Notes under the pieces: model-generated | Seen by the model: only the letters and a program-made list of their open reading frames with translations | Databases searched by the model: none | Told to the model about the DNA's origin: nothing | Position numbers and translations under genes: made by a program | In this document: positions 27,951 through 37,153 of the stretch, one piece after another | Layout of the letters: every line of letters starts with the position of its first letter | How positions within the stretch are numbered: the first letter of the stretch is position 1 | Assembly (NCBI GenBank): GCA_021413905.1 | Contig: JAIOPO010000001.1 | Location: 137,159 to 201,158 of the forward strand | Length of the DNA: 64,000 nt | Direction: 5' to 3' | Source of the DNA: Candidatus Nomurabacteria bacterium | Lineage (GTDB): Bacteria; Patescibacteriota; Minisyncoccia; Phycocordibacterales; UBA9973

Positions 27951-28880
27951 ATGATAAAAGAGAAAGTACTCGATTCAATCACTATTCTTGCCAACGGAGA
28001 TGTTCCCGAGGTAATGAAGAAAAGTTTGGCTGAAAGCCAAACAGACCTGACCCCGCTTTGCGATACTACAATCATTCAAGCTGAAAACATCAGCCATGGA
28101 GGATATTTGCAAGAGCACTACGGAATTGATATGGCACTTCAGATTCTTGCAAAAGAACCTAATCGCAAAATCATTCTTTATTCACCATTAACTCTAGAAA
28201 ATCTTCGCAAGAGGAAGGAAAAATTGGAGCTTATTTTGGCGAAACCAAACGCACGATTTCTCGAAATGCCATTCTCAATTAAGACACTGGTATCTGCTTT
28301 TCAAGCAGAAGTAACAGAAATGGATGCAGAAAAAACTGCTATCGCTTTAACTAATCATGTAAAAGGCGCCCTTTCTGGTATCTTCCATAATATACGCAAA
28401 GCAAAGAATCCATTACAACCCGAAGGTCAATGGCAGACTGAAATAGTCGCCAAAGGCTTTGCTACAGCAAAGGAAATATTTCCAATGCTTGCTGATAAGG
28501 ACAATGCTTCCATTCTTTCATTTTTAGAAGAAATTTCTGCTGACCGCGAAGAAATACGGAAGGGCGAAGAACTTACCGGAATATTCTGCGATATGGAAGG
28601 AACACTTTTTGCAAATGGCATTTTAAATAATGCTTTACTTACTTTCCTGCATCAGCAAGAAATTGAGAGCAAAATAATTACCTTATGGACTGATGGAAAC
28701 ATTGCAGAGCTTCAAACCATGCTTGATGCAAATGGGATTACATGGCAACTTAAAGCAAAACGAGATTTTGCCGGAGCAATTGTCGAAATGGCAATTGATG
28801 ATATGGACGAGAATAGCTTTACTGGATTAACAAAAATCTTTGCAAAAAGATTTAGGCCAATACAGGAATTTTCTGCTTGA
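27951..28880 (+). CDS. Hypothetical protein with degenerate HAD-like C-terminal domain; elevated GC (~43%)
   Basis: 309 aa. The C-terminal approximately 100 aa carries CDMEGTLF (DxDGT-like motif I with Asp2 replaced by Glu), ITLWTDG, KAKRD and AIDDMD. N-terminal 200 aa unassigned. Codon usage is GC-richer than its neighbours. Confidence 0.55.
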   Translation: MIKEKVLDSITILANGDVPEVMKKSLAESQTDLTPLCDTTIIQAENISHGGYLQEHYGIDMALQILAKEPNRKIILYSPLTLENLRKRKEKLELILAKPNARFLEMPFSIKTLVSAFQAEVTEMDAEKTAIALTNHVKGALSGIFHNIRKAKNPLQPEGQWQTEIVAKGFATAKEIFPMLADKDNASILSFLEEISADREEIRKGEELTGIFCDMEGTLFANGILNNALLTFLHQQEIESKIITLWTDGNIAELQTMLDANGITWQLKAKRDFAGAIVEMAIDDMDENSFTGLTKIFAKRFRPIQEFSA

Positions 28881-28903
28881 TCAGAAAAAGTTAATTTATC
28901 AAA

Positions 28904-28937
28904 GTCGTCTTTTTAAAAAATGGACGGCTTTTTTTTA
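28904..28937 (+). terminator. Putative intrinsic terminator
   Basis: gtcgtc...gacggc stem (6 bp, one G-U pair, 13-nt loop) followed by T8. Confidence 0.4.
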
Positions 28938-29084
28938 TTGCTTACTTTTCAATATCAGCCATGGCGTATATGTATTTTCCCTCTATAGTAATCTGAAGAG
29001 AGGGCAGGGGTGAGGGAATTTTACTCCTGATAAGGGGGGTGTGTTGTATTTTGTTAAAACACAGAAAAATGCTAAAATAAGAAG

Positions 29085-29840
29085 ATGGAAATTTTGGAAA
29101 ATGAAGTACTGGAAAATGCTTATCTTATAAAAACCACTGGATTTGAAGGTCCTTTTGGTGTTCTTTTGAATTTAATAGAATCCAGAAAACTTTTCATAAA
29201 TGATTTTTCTTTGGCTCAAGTCACAGAAGATTATTTGCAATATGTGAATAATTTGGGAGGGTTAACACCGGCAGAAATTTCAAGTTTCATTATAGTGGCT
29301 TCGACTTTAATTTTAATAAAGTCAAAATCACTTTTACCTAATTTGAATTTGACCAATGAAGAAGAGTGTGAGATTTCAAATTTGGAAGACAGGTTAAAAC
29401 TCTATGAATTGTATTCAAAATTGTCTTTATCTGTAAAAGAAAAATTTTCTAAAAATATTATTTTCGCTCCTTTGGAAAGAAAAAATAATTTATTGGTTTT
29501 CTTACCTGATGATCAAATCACTCGCGAGAGTATGATGACTTTTGCACAAGAAGCCTTAAACAGAATACCTAAAAAGGTTTTACTCCCTGAAGTAGAAGTA
29601 AAAAAAGTCATAAGTATAGAAGAAATGATTGATAAGTTGACGGCTAGAATCCAAGAAGGCTTGCGGATGAATTTCAAGGAGTTTGCCGGCTCGGCGCAAA
29701 CAAAAGAAGAAAGAGTAGTTGTAATTGTAGGATTTCTTGCTATGCTAGAATTAGTGCGAGGAGGTATATTGAATGTGATACAGGATAATAATTTTGAAGA
29801 TATTATAATTGAAAAACAGGTTCTAGTTGCTAGTGACTAG
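29085..29840 (+). CDS. scpA: Segregation and condensation protein A
   Basis: 251 aa. GFEGPFGVLLNLIESRKLFINDFSLAQVTEDYLQYV is the typical ScpA N-terminus. Followed by scpB. Confidence 0.85.
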   Translation: MEILENEVLENAYLIKTTGFEGPFGVLLNLIESRKLFINDFSLAQVTEDYLQYVNNLGGLTPAEISSFIIVASTLILIKSKSLLPNLNLTNEEECEISNLEDRLKLYELYSKLSLSVKEKFSKNIIFAPLERKNNLLVFLPDDQITRESMMTFAQEALNRIPKKVLLPEVEVKKVISIEEMIDKLTARIQEGLRMNFKEFAGSAQTKEERVVVIVGFLAMLELVRGGILNVIQDNNFEDIIIEKQVLVASD

Positions 29841-29858
29841 TTTCTAGAAAATAGATAT

Positions 29859-30416
29859 ATGGATATAGAACAAAAAATAGAAGCATTGTTATTTTGGAAA
29901 GGCGAATCAATTTCTCGAAAAAAACTTTCGGAAGTTTTGGAAGTTGATATTCAAGAAATAAATGATGCTATAGAAAAATTGAAAGAAAATTTTCAAAATA
30001 GAGGAATAGTTGTAATGGAAAAAGAAAATGAAATAATGCTCGGCACTGCTCCTGAATTGTCAGAACTTTTTGAGAAAATACAAAAAGAAGAATTGAATAA
30101 AGAATTATCGAAAGCAAGTCTAGAAACATTGTCCATCGTTTTATACAAAAATGGAGCGAGTCGCGCGGAGATTGATTATATTCGTGGAGTGAATTCCAGT
30201 TTTATTTTACGCAATTTGGCTATTCGCGGACTTGTGGAAAAAGTCATAGATGATACTGACAATAGAAAATATATTTACAAGCCGACTTTCGAACTTTTAT
30301 CTTTTATGGGGGTAAAAAACATACAAGAATTGTCTGATTTTACAAATATCAATGATGTAGTGGAAAAGACCGCTCAAGAATTCGCCAAACAAGAAAATAA
30401 TGAAGAAGCACAATAA
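29859..30416 (+). CDS. scpB: Segregation and condensation protein B
   Basis: 185 aa. Tandem winged-helix pattern (IEALLFWKGESISRKKLSEVL..., ...SRAEIDYIRGVNSSFILRNL). Confidence 0.85.
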   Translation: MDIEQKIEALLFWKGESISRKKLSEVLEVDIQEINDAIEKLKENFQNRGIVVMEKENEIMLGTAPELSELFEKIQKEELNKELSKASLETLSIVLYKNGASRAEIDYIRGVNSSFILRNLAIRGLVEKVIDDTDNRKYIYKPTFELLSFMGVKNIQELSDFTNINDVVEKTAQEFAKQENNEEAQ

Positions 30417-31284
30417 GTATCTTTACTTTTTTGTTTTATTTTTTCTTGCCTTGGAGGCAATTTTGTTTTTTGTAAACAATCTAAAATTGGAAAAAGAATT
30501 TCAAAAACATGAAAGTAATATTTTAAATATTCAAAATAAAATTTCAGAAGAAACAATATATGCAAAAAGTTTTTCGATTTATGATTTAAATATTCAAAGA
30601 GAAATTTATAGTAAAAATTCCAATATGGTTTTACCTTTGGCATCTCTGACAAAGACGATGACTATGCTAATAGTCTTGAATGAAAACAAAAAGGACAATA
30701 TCGTAAATATTTCAAAAAATGCATTATTGCAAGACGGGGATTATGGTTTTTCTGTCGGTGAAAAATTAAAAATAGAAGATTTGGTAAAATTCACATTGAT
30801 TTCTTCTGCAAATGATGGAGCATATGCCTTGTCTGAACTTGTGCAGAACATTACCGAAAAGATGAATATTAAAGCAAAAAAAATAGGTCTGGAAAATACT
30901 TATTTTTTGAATCCTACTGGCCTGGATATCAGTGCTCATAAAGCAGGGGCTTATGGCACAGCTTTGGATATGAATTTATTGGCAATATACGCCGTAAAAG
31001 AATATCCGGAAATATTTGATGCTACAAAATTGACGGAAATAAATTTAAAATCCGAATCGGGTAAAAATCATTTTGAGAAAAATACGAATATTTTAGCGCA
31101 AAAAATTCCAAATTTAATTTTTTCAAAAACAGGCTTTACAAATATAGCAGGTGGCAATTTGTCTGTAATTTTTCAAAATAAAGAAGGGCATAAAATAGCC
31201 ATTACTGTCCTGAATTCAACTTTCGATGGCCGTTTTGTGGATATGGATAAACTTATTAATTTATTATATAATTGGAGTTATTAA
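30400..31284 (+). CDS. D-alanyl-D-alanine carboxypeptidase (S11, PBP5/6-like)
   Basis: 294 aa. N-terminal TM/signal segment. SLTK (SxxK), SAN (SxN) and KTG motifs in canonical order. Confidence 0.8.
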   Translation: MKKHNKYLYFFVLFFLALEAILFFVNNLKLEKEFQKHESNILNIQNKISEETIYAKSFSIYDLNIQREIYSKNSNMVLPLASLTKTMTMLIVLNENKKDNIVNISKNALLQDGDYGFSVGEKLKIEDLVKFTLISSANDGAYALSELVQNITEKMNIKAKKIGLENTYFLNPTGLDISAHKAGAYGTALDMNLLAIYAVKEYPEIFDATKLTEINLKSESGKNHFEKNTNILAQKIPNLIFSKTGFTNIAGGNLSVIFQNKEGHKIAITVLNSTFDGRFVDMDKLINLLYNWSY

Positions 31285-31294
31285 AATTAAAAAA

Positions 31295-31322
31295 AGCTGA
31301 GGGTGACCCAGCTTTTTGTTTT
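31295..31322. terminator. Hairpin terminator between convergent genes
   Basis: agctg-a-ggg-tga-ccc-agct stem (8 bp plus bulge) followed by ttttgtttt. A-run upstream. Confidence 0.5.
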
Positions 31323-31335
31323 AAAGATGCAGGAT

Positions 31336-31839
31336 TTATTTTTTACCCTGCAGGATTTTGTTTTTTATAACCGAAATTAATTGTGGATGTATCCACAGAT
31401 GACTCGGTTTATATTTTCCATTATTTATCATTTCTATTAGTTTAACGGAACTAATATCCGCCACAGATTTTTCTGCGGGAATACAGAGAATTTTTTCTTT
31501 GTTTGTTTGAAATTTTTTTAAAAATTCTCCTTTTTCATCTTCATTATTGAAAGAACAAACAACCCTATCAGCTTTTTCAATGTAATCGATTACTGATTTT
31601 TTGTTCGAGGGTTTTAGGATGTTTTCTTTAGGTATACCGTAAAATTTATACGCTATATCTATTCTTTCTTCTAAAGAAAACAAAGGTTTTGTCTTCTCTT
31701 CTTCGTCGAAGATGCAAACAAACACTGGTCCTTTGTCTTTATGCTTAAAGATATTTTCGGCTTTTTTGATCAACCAAACATCTAATTGTGTCATTGGATC
31801 TATCGAACCAACGACAATAACTCTCGGTATTGTTTTCAT
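31336..31839 (-). CDS. Phosphopantetheine adenylyltransferase (CoaD)-like nucleotidyltransferase with degenerate HxGH motif
   Basis: 167 aa. VVGSIDPMTQLD in place of the PPAT GSFDPxTxGH. Retains FSLEER and a C-terminal ISSVKL (ISSTxxR-like) motif. Confidence 0.55.
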   Translation of the reverse strand: MKTIPRVIVVGSIDPMTQLDVWLIKKAENIFKHKDKGPVFVCIFDEEEKTKPLFSLEERIDIAYKFYGIPKENILKPSNKKSVIDYIEKADRVVCSFNNEDEKGEFLKKFQTNKEKILCIPAEKSVADISSVKLIEMINNGKYKPSHLWIHPQLISVIKNKILQGKK

Positions 31840-31944
31840 AATGTACGTTTTTTTAAATTCAATATCTTATAACATTTTTTAGATAAAAAGTAAATATCTA
31901 AAATAATTACATTTTATTAAATAATTTATGTTATAATACATTTC

Positions 31945-33000
31945 ATGTTGTTAAACATATTAAAAATTTTTGTGCCGACTGCAGTGGCTTTCTTTTTAGG
32001 GATAGCTATTACACCTGTAGCGACTTATTTTTTTTACAAATACAAAATGTGGAAAAAATATTCTCGCAATGAAAGTGTGACAAACGAAGATTTTAAAAAA
32101 ATACACAATGACGAGACAGAAAGACGCACTCCCAGAGTCGGAGGTATTATCATTTGGTTTTCAGTTTTTTTTACAAGTATTATTTTCTTTTTATTTTCAG
32201 TTTTTTCAAATATTCCAATGTTCGAAAAAATAAATTTTTTAAGTCGCAATCAAACTTTCATTCCATTTTTTACATTGTTACTCGGATCATTGATAGGTCT
32301 TTGGGATGATTTGATACAAATATATGGCAATGGAAAAATAGCTAAAGATGACGGATCTTGGCGTAAATGGAAAGCATTTTTAATCGCAAGTCTTTCTTTG
32401 CTTATAGGATGTTGGTTTTTTTATAAATTGGGAATGACGACAATACATATTCCTTTTTCCGGTGAATTGTATTTAGGCATATTGATTATTCCTTTTTTTA
32501 TAATAGTTTCTTTGGCCACTTTTTCCGGCGGAGTGATAGATGGCATAGACGGTCTTTCTGGTGGAGTTTTGGCTTCAATTTTTGCTTCATATTCAGCGAT
32601 AGCTTTTGCAAATAATCAGATAGACTTGTCTGCTTTTTCAGGAGTCATAACCGGGGCAATTTTGGCTTTTCTTTGGTTTAATATTCCACCGGCGAGGTTT
32701 TATATGGGAGAGACAGGTATGATGGGGCTCACGATAGTATTGGCAACCATGGCATTTTTGACTGATTCTGTGTTTATTTTGCCGATAGTTGCTTTACCTT
32801 TGGTTATCACTTCTTTGTCTGTAATTTTACAAACAGCTTCAAAGAAATTTCGAAATGGAAAAAAAGTTTTCAGAATTGCACCGATACATCATCATTTTGA
32901 AGCTCTCGGTTGGCCTTCTTCAAAAGTAACAATGCGTTTTTGGATTTTATCCGTAGTCTTTGCAATTGTCGGAATTATTTTAGCAATTATAAGTAAATAG
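31945..33000 (+). CDS. mraY: Phospho-N-acetylmuramoyl-pentapeptide transferase
   Basis: 351 aa. Ten TM helices, DGIDGLSGG and PIHHHFE motifs. Confidence 0.9.
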   Translation: MLLNILKIFVPTAVAFFLGIAITPVATYFFYKYKMWKKYSRNESVTNEDFKKIHNDETERRTPRVGGIIIWFSVFFTSIIFFLFSVFSNIPMFEKINFLSRNQTFIPFFTLLLGSLIGLWDDLIQIYGNGKIAKDDGSWRKWKAFLIASLSLLIGCWFFYKLGMTTIHIPFSGELYLGILIIPFFIIVSLATFSGGVIDGIDGLSGGVLASIFASYSAIAFANNQIDLSAFSGVITGAILAFLWFNIPPARFYMGETGMMGLTIVLATMAFLTDSVFILPIVALPLVITSLSVILQTASKKFRNGKKVFRIAPIHHHFEALGWPSSKVTMRFWILSVVFAIVGIILAIISK

Positions 33001-33005
33001 TTTTA

Positions 33006-34109
33006 ATGAAAAATAAAAAAGTAGATAAATTTTTTCTAATAATTGTTTTAATTTTAATTTTTGGCGGAGTTGCCATGTTTGTCTCAGCTTCATTGGGTAT
33101 TTTAGCAAAGAATAAAGACACTTTTTATTCTGTTTTGTTTAGTCAGCTGGTGTTAGGTCTCGGTTGTGGTTTGGTAGGAATGTATACAGCATTAAAAATA
33201 AATTATAAAATTTGGAGAAATTACGCTTTTTATATTTTTATAGCTTCTATCATATTGATGACTTTTGTATTTATACCGCATGTAGGTTGGAGTCACGGAG
33301 GAGCTACGAGATGGATAAAAATCGGCCCAGTTTCTTTTCAACCGGCAGAAATTTTAAAATTCAGTTTTATTATTTATTTTTCAGCATTTTTATCATGGTC
33401 TAAAGATAAAATAAAAAGTTTTAAATACGGTATTTTGCCTCTATTGGGAATGTTGGCTGTTATCGCTGTGGTTTTATTGAAACAACCAGATACAAAAAGT
33501 TTTATCTTGATAACGTTTACCGGTATTTGTATGTATTTTATTTCTGGTGGGCCTTGGAAATATATTGCAGGAATAGGAGCTATTTGTGTCGTTGTATTTG
33601 GAACATTAATATTTTTTACTCCGTATTTACAACAAAGAGTGAATACGTTTTTAGACCCGTCACATGATCCAAAAGGTTCTTCATATCAAATACAACAATC
33701 CATGATAGCTCTCGGCTCGGGTGGTATTTTCGGTAGAGGTTATGGACAAAGTATTCAAAAGTTCAGTTATTTACCTGAACCGCAAGGGGACTCTATTTTC
33801 GCTGTTTTAGGTGAAGAATTAGGATTTTTGGGTGCAGTAATAACAATATTTTTATATTGCGCTTTTGCTTTACGTGGAATACGTATTGCAAATAATTCAC
33901 CAGATTCATTCGGTAGACTTTTGGTCTCCGGAATTGTTATACTTATGACAGCGCAATCATTTATGAATATTGCGTCTATTGTAGGAGTTTTTCCTTTGAC
34001 AGGTGTTCCGCTTGTTTTTATGAGTCATGGGGGCACATCACTTATGATATATATGACGGCGATAGGTATCGTTCTGAATATATCTAAGTTTCAAAAATTT
34101 CTTGTTTAA
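33006..34109 (+). CDS. ftsW: SEDS-family peptidoglycan glycosyltransferase FtsW/RodA
   Basis: 367 aa. Multipass membrane protein with FQPAEILK, SDSIFAV and SHGGTS motifs. Confidence 0.88.
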   Translation: MKNKKVDKFFLIIVLILIFGGVAMFVSASLGILAKNKDTFYSVLFSQLVLGLGCGLVGMYTALKINYKIWRNYAFYIFIASIILMTFVFIPHVGWSHGGATRWIKIGPVSFQPAEILKFSFIIYFSAFLSWSKDKIKSFKYGILPLLGMLAVIAVVLLKQPDTKSFILITFTGICMYFISGGPWKYIAGIGAICVVVFGTLIFFTPYLQQRVNTFLDPSHDPKGSSYQIQQSMIALGSGGIFGRGYGQSIQKFSYLPEPQGDSIFAVLGEELGFLGAVITIFLYCAFALRGIRIANNSPDSFGRLLVSGIVILMTAQSFMNIASIVGVFPLTGVPLVFMSHGGTSLMIYMTAIGIVLNISKFQKFLV

Positions 34110-34137
34110 TTAAAAAAATAAAATTATAAAATATATT

Positions 34138-35268
34138 ATGAAAATTGTATTCACGGGCGGGGGAACAGGGGGGCATTTTTATCCAATTATCGCTGTCGCT
34201 CAAAAAGTAAATCAAATAATAGACGAAGAAAAAATAGTCGGAGCGAAATTGTATTATTTTTCAGACAGCCCGTACGACAAGCAGGCTCTTTTTGAGAATG
34301 GACTTATTTTTGAAGAAATAAATGCCGGAAAAATGAGGATCTATTTTTCTTTGAAAAATTTTTCTGATATGTTTAAAGTTTTCTTTGGTGTATTAGGAGC
34401 GATTTTTAAATTATTTTCAGTTTACCCGGATGTTGTTTTTGGAAAAGGGGGTTATGCTTCTTTTCCGACACTTTTTGCTGCATGGTTTTTACATATACCT
34501 GTGGTAATTCATGAATCAGATTCTGCTCCTGGCAGAGTCAATAAATGGGCTGGAAAATTTGCAAAGAAAATAGCAGTTTCTTTTAATGAATCAGCTGAAT
34601 ATTTTCCAAAGGAAAAAGTAGCTTGGACAGGACAACCAATACGTTCTGAAATAGAAAACCTACCTGATAAACAAAAATCTTTGGAATATTTTAAACTTGA
34701 ATCAAGTCTGCCAGTTCTTTTAATATTAGGAGGTTCACAGGGTTCTGAACTTATTAATAATACTATTTTAGACGCATTACCTAGACTTGTAAAAAATTAC
34801 CAGATTATTCATCAAGCTGGTGTGAAAAATTTTAAAATGGTAAAACAAAGATCTGAAGTTGTTCTAGAAAATGAAAAAGAGAAAAGCAGATATATGGTCT
34901 TTGATTTTTTAAATCCTTTACAGATGAAAATGGCTGCTGGCTCAGCATCGCTCGTTATATCACGAGCAGGTTCTGGGCTTTTTGAGATTGCATGCTGGGG
35001 TGTGTCTTCAATTTTAATTCCTATTACACATTCAAACTTAGATCATCAAAGAAAAAATGCATTCAATTATGCAAGAGCAGGGGCATGTAGTGTGATAGAA
35101 GAAATGAATATGACTGCAAATATTTTAAGTTCTGAAATTGAAAGAATAACAAAAGACCCGACACTTCTTGAAAGGATGTCTAAAAATGCAAATAATTTTA
35201 ATAAAAAAGACGCTTCTTTTAAAATAGCAAAAGCTATTATCGATATGGCTTTAAGCCATGAAAAATAA
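34138..35268 (+). CDS. murG: UDP-GlcNAc:lipid I N-acetylglucosaminyltransferase
   Basis: 376 aa. N-terminal FTGGGTGGHFYP glycine-rich loop and GT-B fold motifs. Confidence 0.9.
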   Translation: MKIVFTGGGTGGHFYPIIAVAQKVNQIIDEEKIVGAKLYYFSDSPYDKQALFENGLIFEEINAGKMRIYFSLKNFSDMFKVFFGVLGAIFKLFSVYPDVVFGKGGYASFPTLFAAWFLHIPVVIHESDSAPGRVNKWAGKFAKKIAVSFNESAEYFPKEKVAWTGQPIRSEIENLPDKQKSLEYFKLESSLPVLLILGGSQGSELINNTILDALPRLVKNYQIIHQAGVKNFKMVKQRSEVVLENEKEKSRYMVFDFLNPLQMKMAAGSASLVISRAGSGLFEIACWGVSSILIPITHSNLDHQRKNAFNYARAGACSVIEEMNMTANILSSEIERITKDPTLLERMSKNANNFNKKDASFKIAKAIIDMALSHEK

Positions 35269-35354
35269 GGATACTTTAATTACTTGACAATAAGACAGAT
35301 TTTGTGCTATTATCTAAAAAGAATAAATGTTGTTTAATTTAAAAAACTTTTCAC

Positions 35355-35804
35355 ATGACAAAGTTCGATTCAGGCTTTTTAAAGATAGCCAGTTTGGTTA
35401 TTTTATTATTCCTTACTTATATTCAGTTCTCTTCTTCAAGGGAAAAAGAAGCATCTGAAGAAGAAAAGATATTGATTGAAAAAAAAATTGATTCTTTGCA
35501 GATTAAATACAAAGAATTCAATCAAAGAGAGGAAGAAATAAAATTGGAAATCAAAAATAACAATGATTCCAATACAAAGAATGCCTTAGCTCTCGAAAGA
35601 TTAGCTAGAGCAAATCAACAAAATAGTTATGCTATTTTGAAACTAAATTCTCGAATGGAGACCAACGAAGCTGAAATTCGAGTTTTTGGTGAAATCATTT
35701 CATTGTATGAGAATTATTTTCATGCAATGGATTCAATAAAAAAATCAACCCCCGCGGTTGATAGTTATAAAGTGATTTATTACAGGCAATTACCCCCAGG
35801 GTGA
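35355..35804 (+). CDS. Hypothetical membrane-anchored coiled-coil protein (149 aa)
   Basis: N-terminal TM helix followed by a heptad-rich K/E segment. No motif. Confidence 0.4.
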   Translation: MTKFDSGFLKIASLVILLFLTYIQFSSSREKEASEEEKILIEKKIDSLQIKYKEFNQREEEIKLEIKNNNDSNTKNALALERLARANQQNSYAILKLNSRMETNEAEIRVFGEIISLYENYFHAMDSIKKSTPAVDSYKVIYYRQLPPG

Positions 35805-35845
35805 TTGCCTTTTTTATTTTTCTGTAATTATGTTAATATGAACAT

Positions 35846-37153
35846 ATGGAAGAAAAAATAGTAACAAGATTTGCACCGAGCCCTACAGGTTTTTTACATT
35901 TAGGCTCTTATAGAACTGCAATTTTTTCTTATCTTTATGCAAAGAAAAATAATGGTATCTTTGTATTAAGAATAGAAGACACTGATAAAGAGAGGTCTAA
36001 AAAAGAATACGAAGAAAATATAATTGAGAGCTTGAAATGGCTTGGACTTGATTATGATAAATTTTACAGACAATCAGAAAATGTAGAACGTCATAAATTT
36101 TATTTAGAAAAAATGATAAAAGACGGTAATGCATATATTTCAAAAGAAGAAGCCAAAGATGGTAGTGGTATTATAAAAGAAATCATACGTTTCAAAAATC
36201 CAAACATTGATGTTACTTTTAACGATGATATAAAAGGAGAAGTCACTATGAATACAAAAGATTTGGGTGATTTTGTTCTTGCAAAAAATCTCAATGAACC
36301 TTTGTTCCATTTAGCTGTAGTAATTGATGATTTTGAAGAAGGGGTAACTCATGTTATACGAGGTGAAGATCATGTATCAAACACTCCAAGACAAATTTTA
36401 ATACAAAAAGCCATAGGTGCCCCGACACCGCATTATGCACATTTACCACTTGTATTAGGATCAGATAAATTAAAACTTTCTAAGCGTAGAGGTGCTTTAG
36501 CGATAACAGAATATAAAAAAATGGGATTCTTACCAGAAGCTATTTTGAATGGTGTTGCTTTTATTGGTTGGAATCCGGGAACAGAACAAGAAATATTTTC
36601 TCACGACGAATTAATACAATCTTTTGATTTACATAAAGTACAAAAAAGTCCAGCTGTGTTTAATCAAGAAAAACTTGAATGGTTCAACAAAGAACACTTG
36701 AAAAATATTTCATTAGAAGAAGCCAAGGAAAGAATTTTTATTTATCTACCTGATGAATTAAAAAAAGAGAAACTTATTCCATTAATTATGGAAAGAATTT
36801 CAAAATTCGGTGATGTAAAAGATTTGGTAGACAGGGGAGAGCTAGACTTTTTTTACAAAGCTCCAATATACGATAAAGAAAAGTTAATATTCAAAAATAT
36901 TTCTGCTGAAAAAATTTTACAAAATTTAAAACTTGCACACGAAGTATTAAATGAAATTAATGAATCTGATTTCACTAGAGAAAATATAAAAAATGTTTTA
37001 ATGAAAATAGCTGATACTTTAGAGAGTCGTGGAGAAATTTTACATCCTGTGCGTTATTCTTTATCGGGTTTAGATAAATCTCCTGATCCTTTTGTCATTG
37101 CTGAAATTTTAGGAAAAAATGAAACTTTATCACGACTACAAAAAGCAATTTAA
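35846..37153 (+). CDS. gltX: Glutamyl-tRNA synthetase (probably non-discriminating)
   Basis: 435 aa. RFAPSPTGFLHLGSYRTA (HIGH) and KLSKR motifs. Confidence 0.93.
   Translation: MEEKIVTRFAPSPTGFLHLGSYRTAIFSYLYAKKNNGIFVLRIEDTDKERSKKEYEENIIESLKWLGLDYDKFYRQSENVERHKFYLEKMIKDGNAYISKEEAKDGSGIIKEIIRFKNPNIDVTFNDDIKGEVTMNTKDLGDFVLAKNLNEPLFHLAVVIDDFEEGVTHVIRGEDHVSNTPRQILIQKAIGAPTPHYAHLPLVLGSDKLKLSKRRGALAITEYKKMGFLPEAILNGVAFIGWNPGTEQEIFSHDELIQSFDLHKVQKSPAVFNQEKLEWFNKEHLKNISLEEAKERIFIYLPDELKKEKLIPLIMERISKFGDVKDLVDRGELDFFYKAPIYDKEKLIFKNISAEKILQNLKLAHEVLNEINESDFTRENIKNVLMKIADTLESRGEILHPVRYSLSGLDKSPDPFVIAEILGKNETLSRLQKAI

Noticed and set aside
27372-29084. Whether the GC-richer mini-locus is a mobile element or genomic island.
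   Set aside because: No integrase, transposase, flanking direct repeats or tRNA attachment site. Only the compositional anomaly is retained as a finding.
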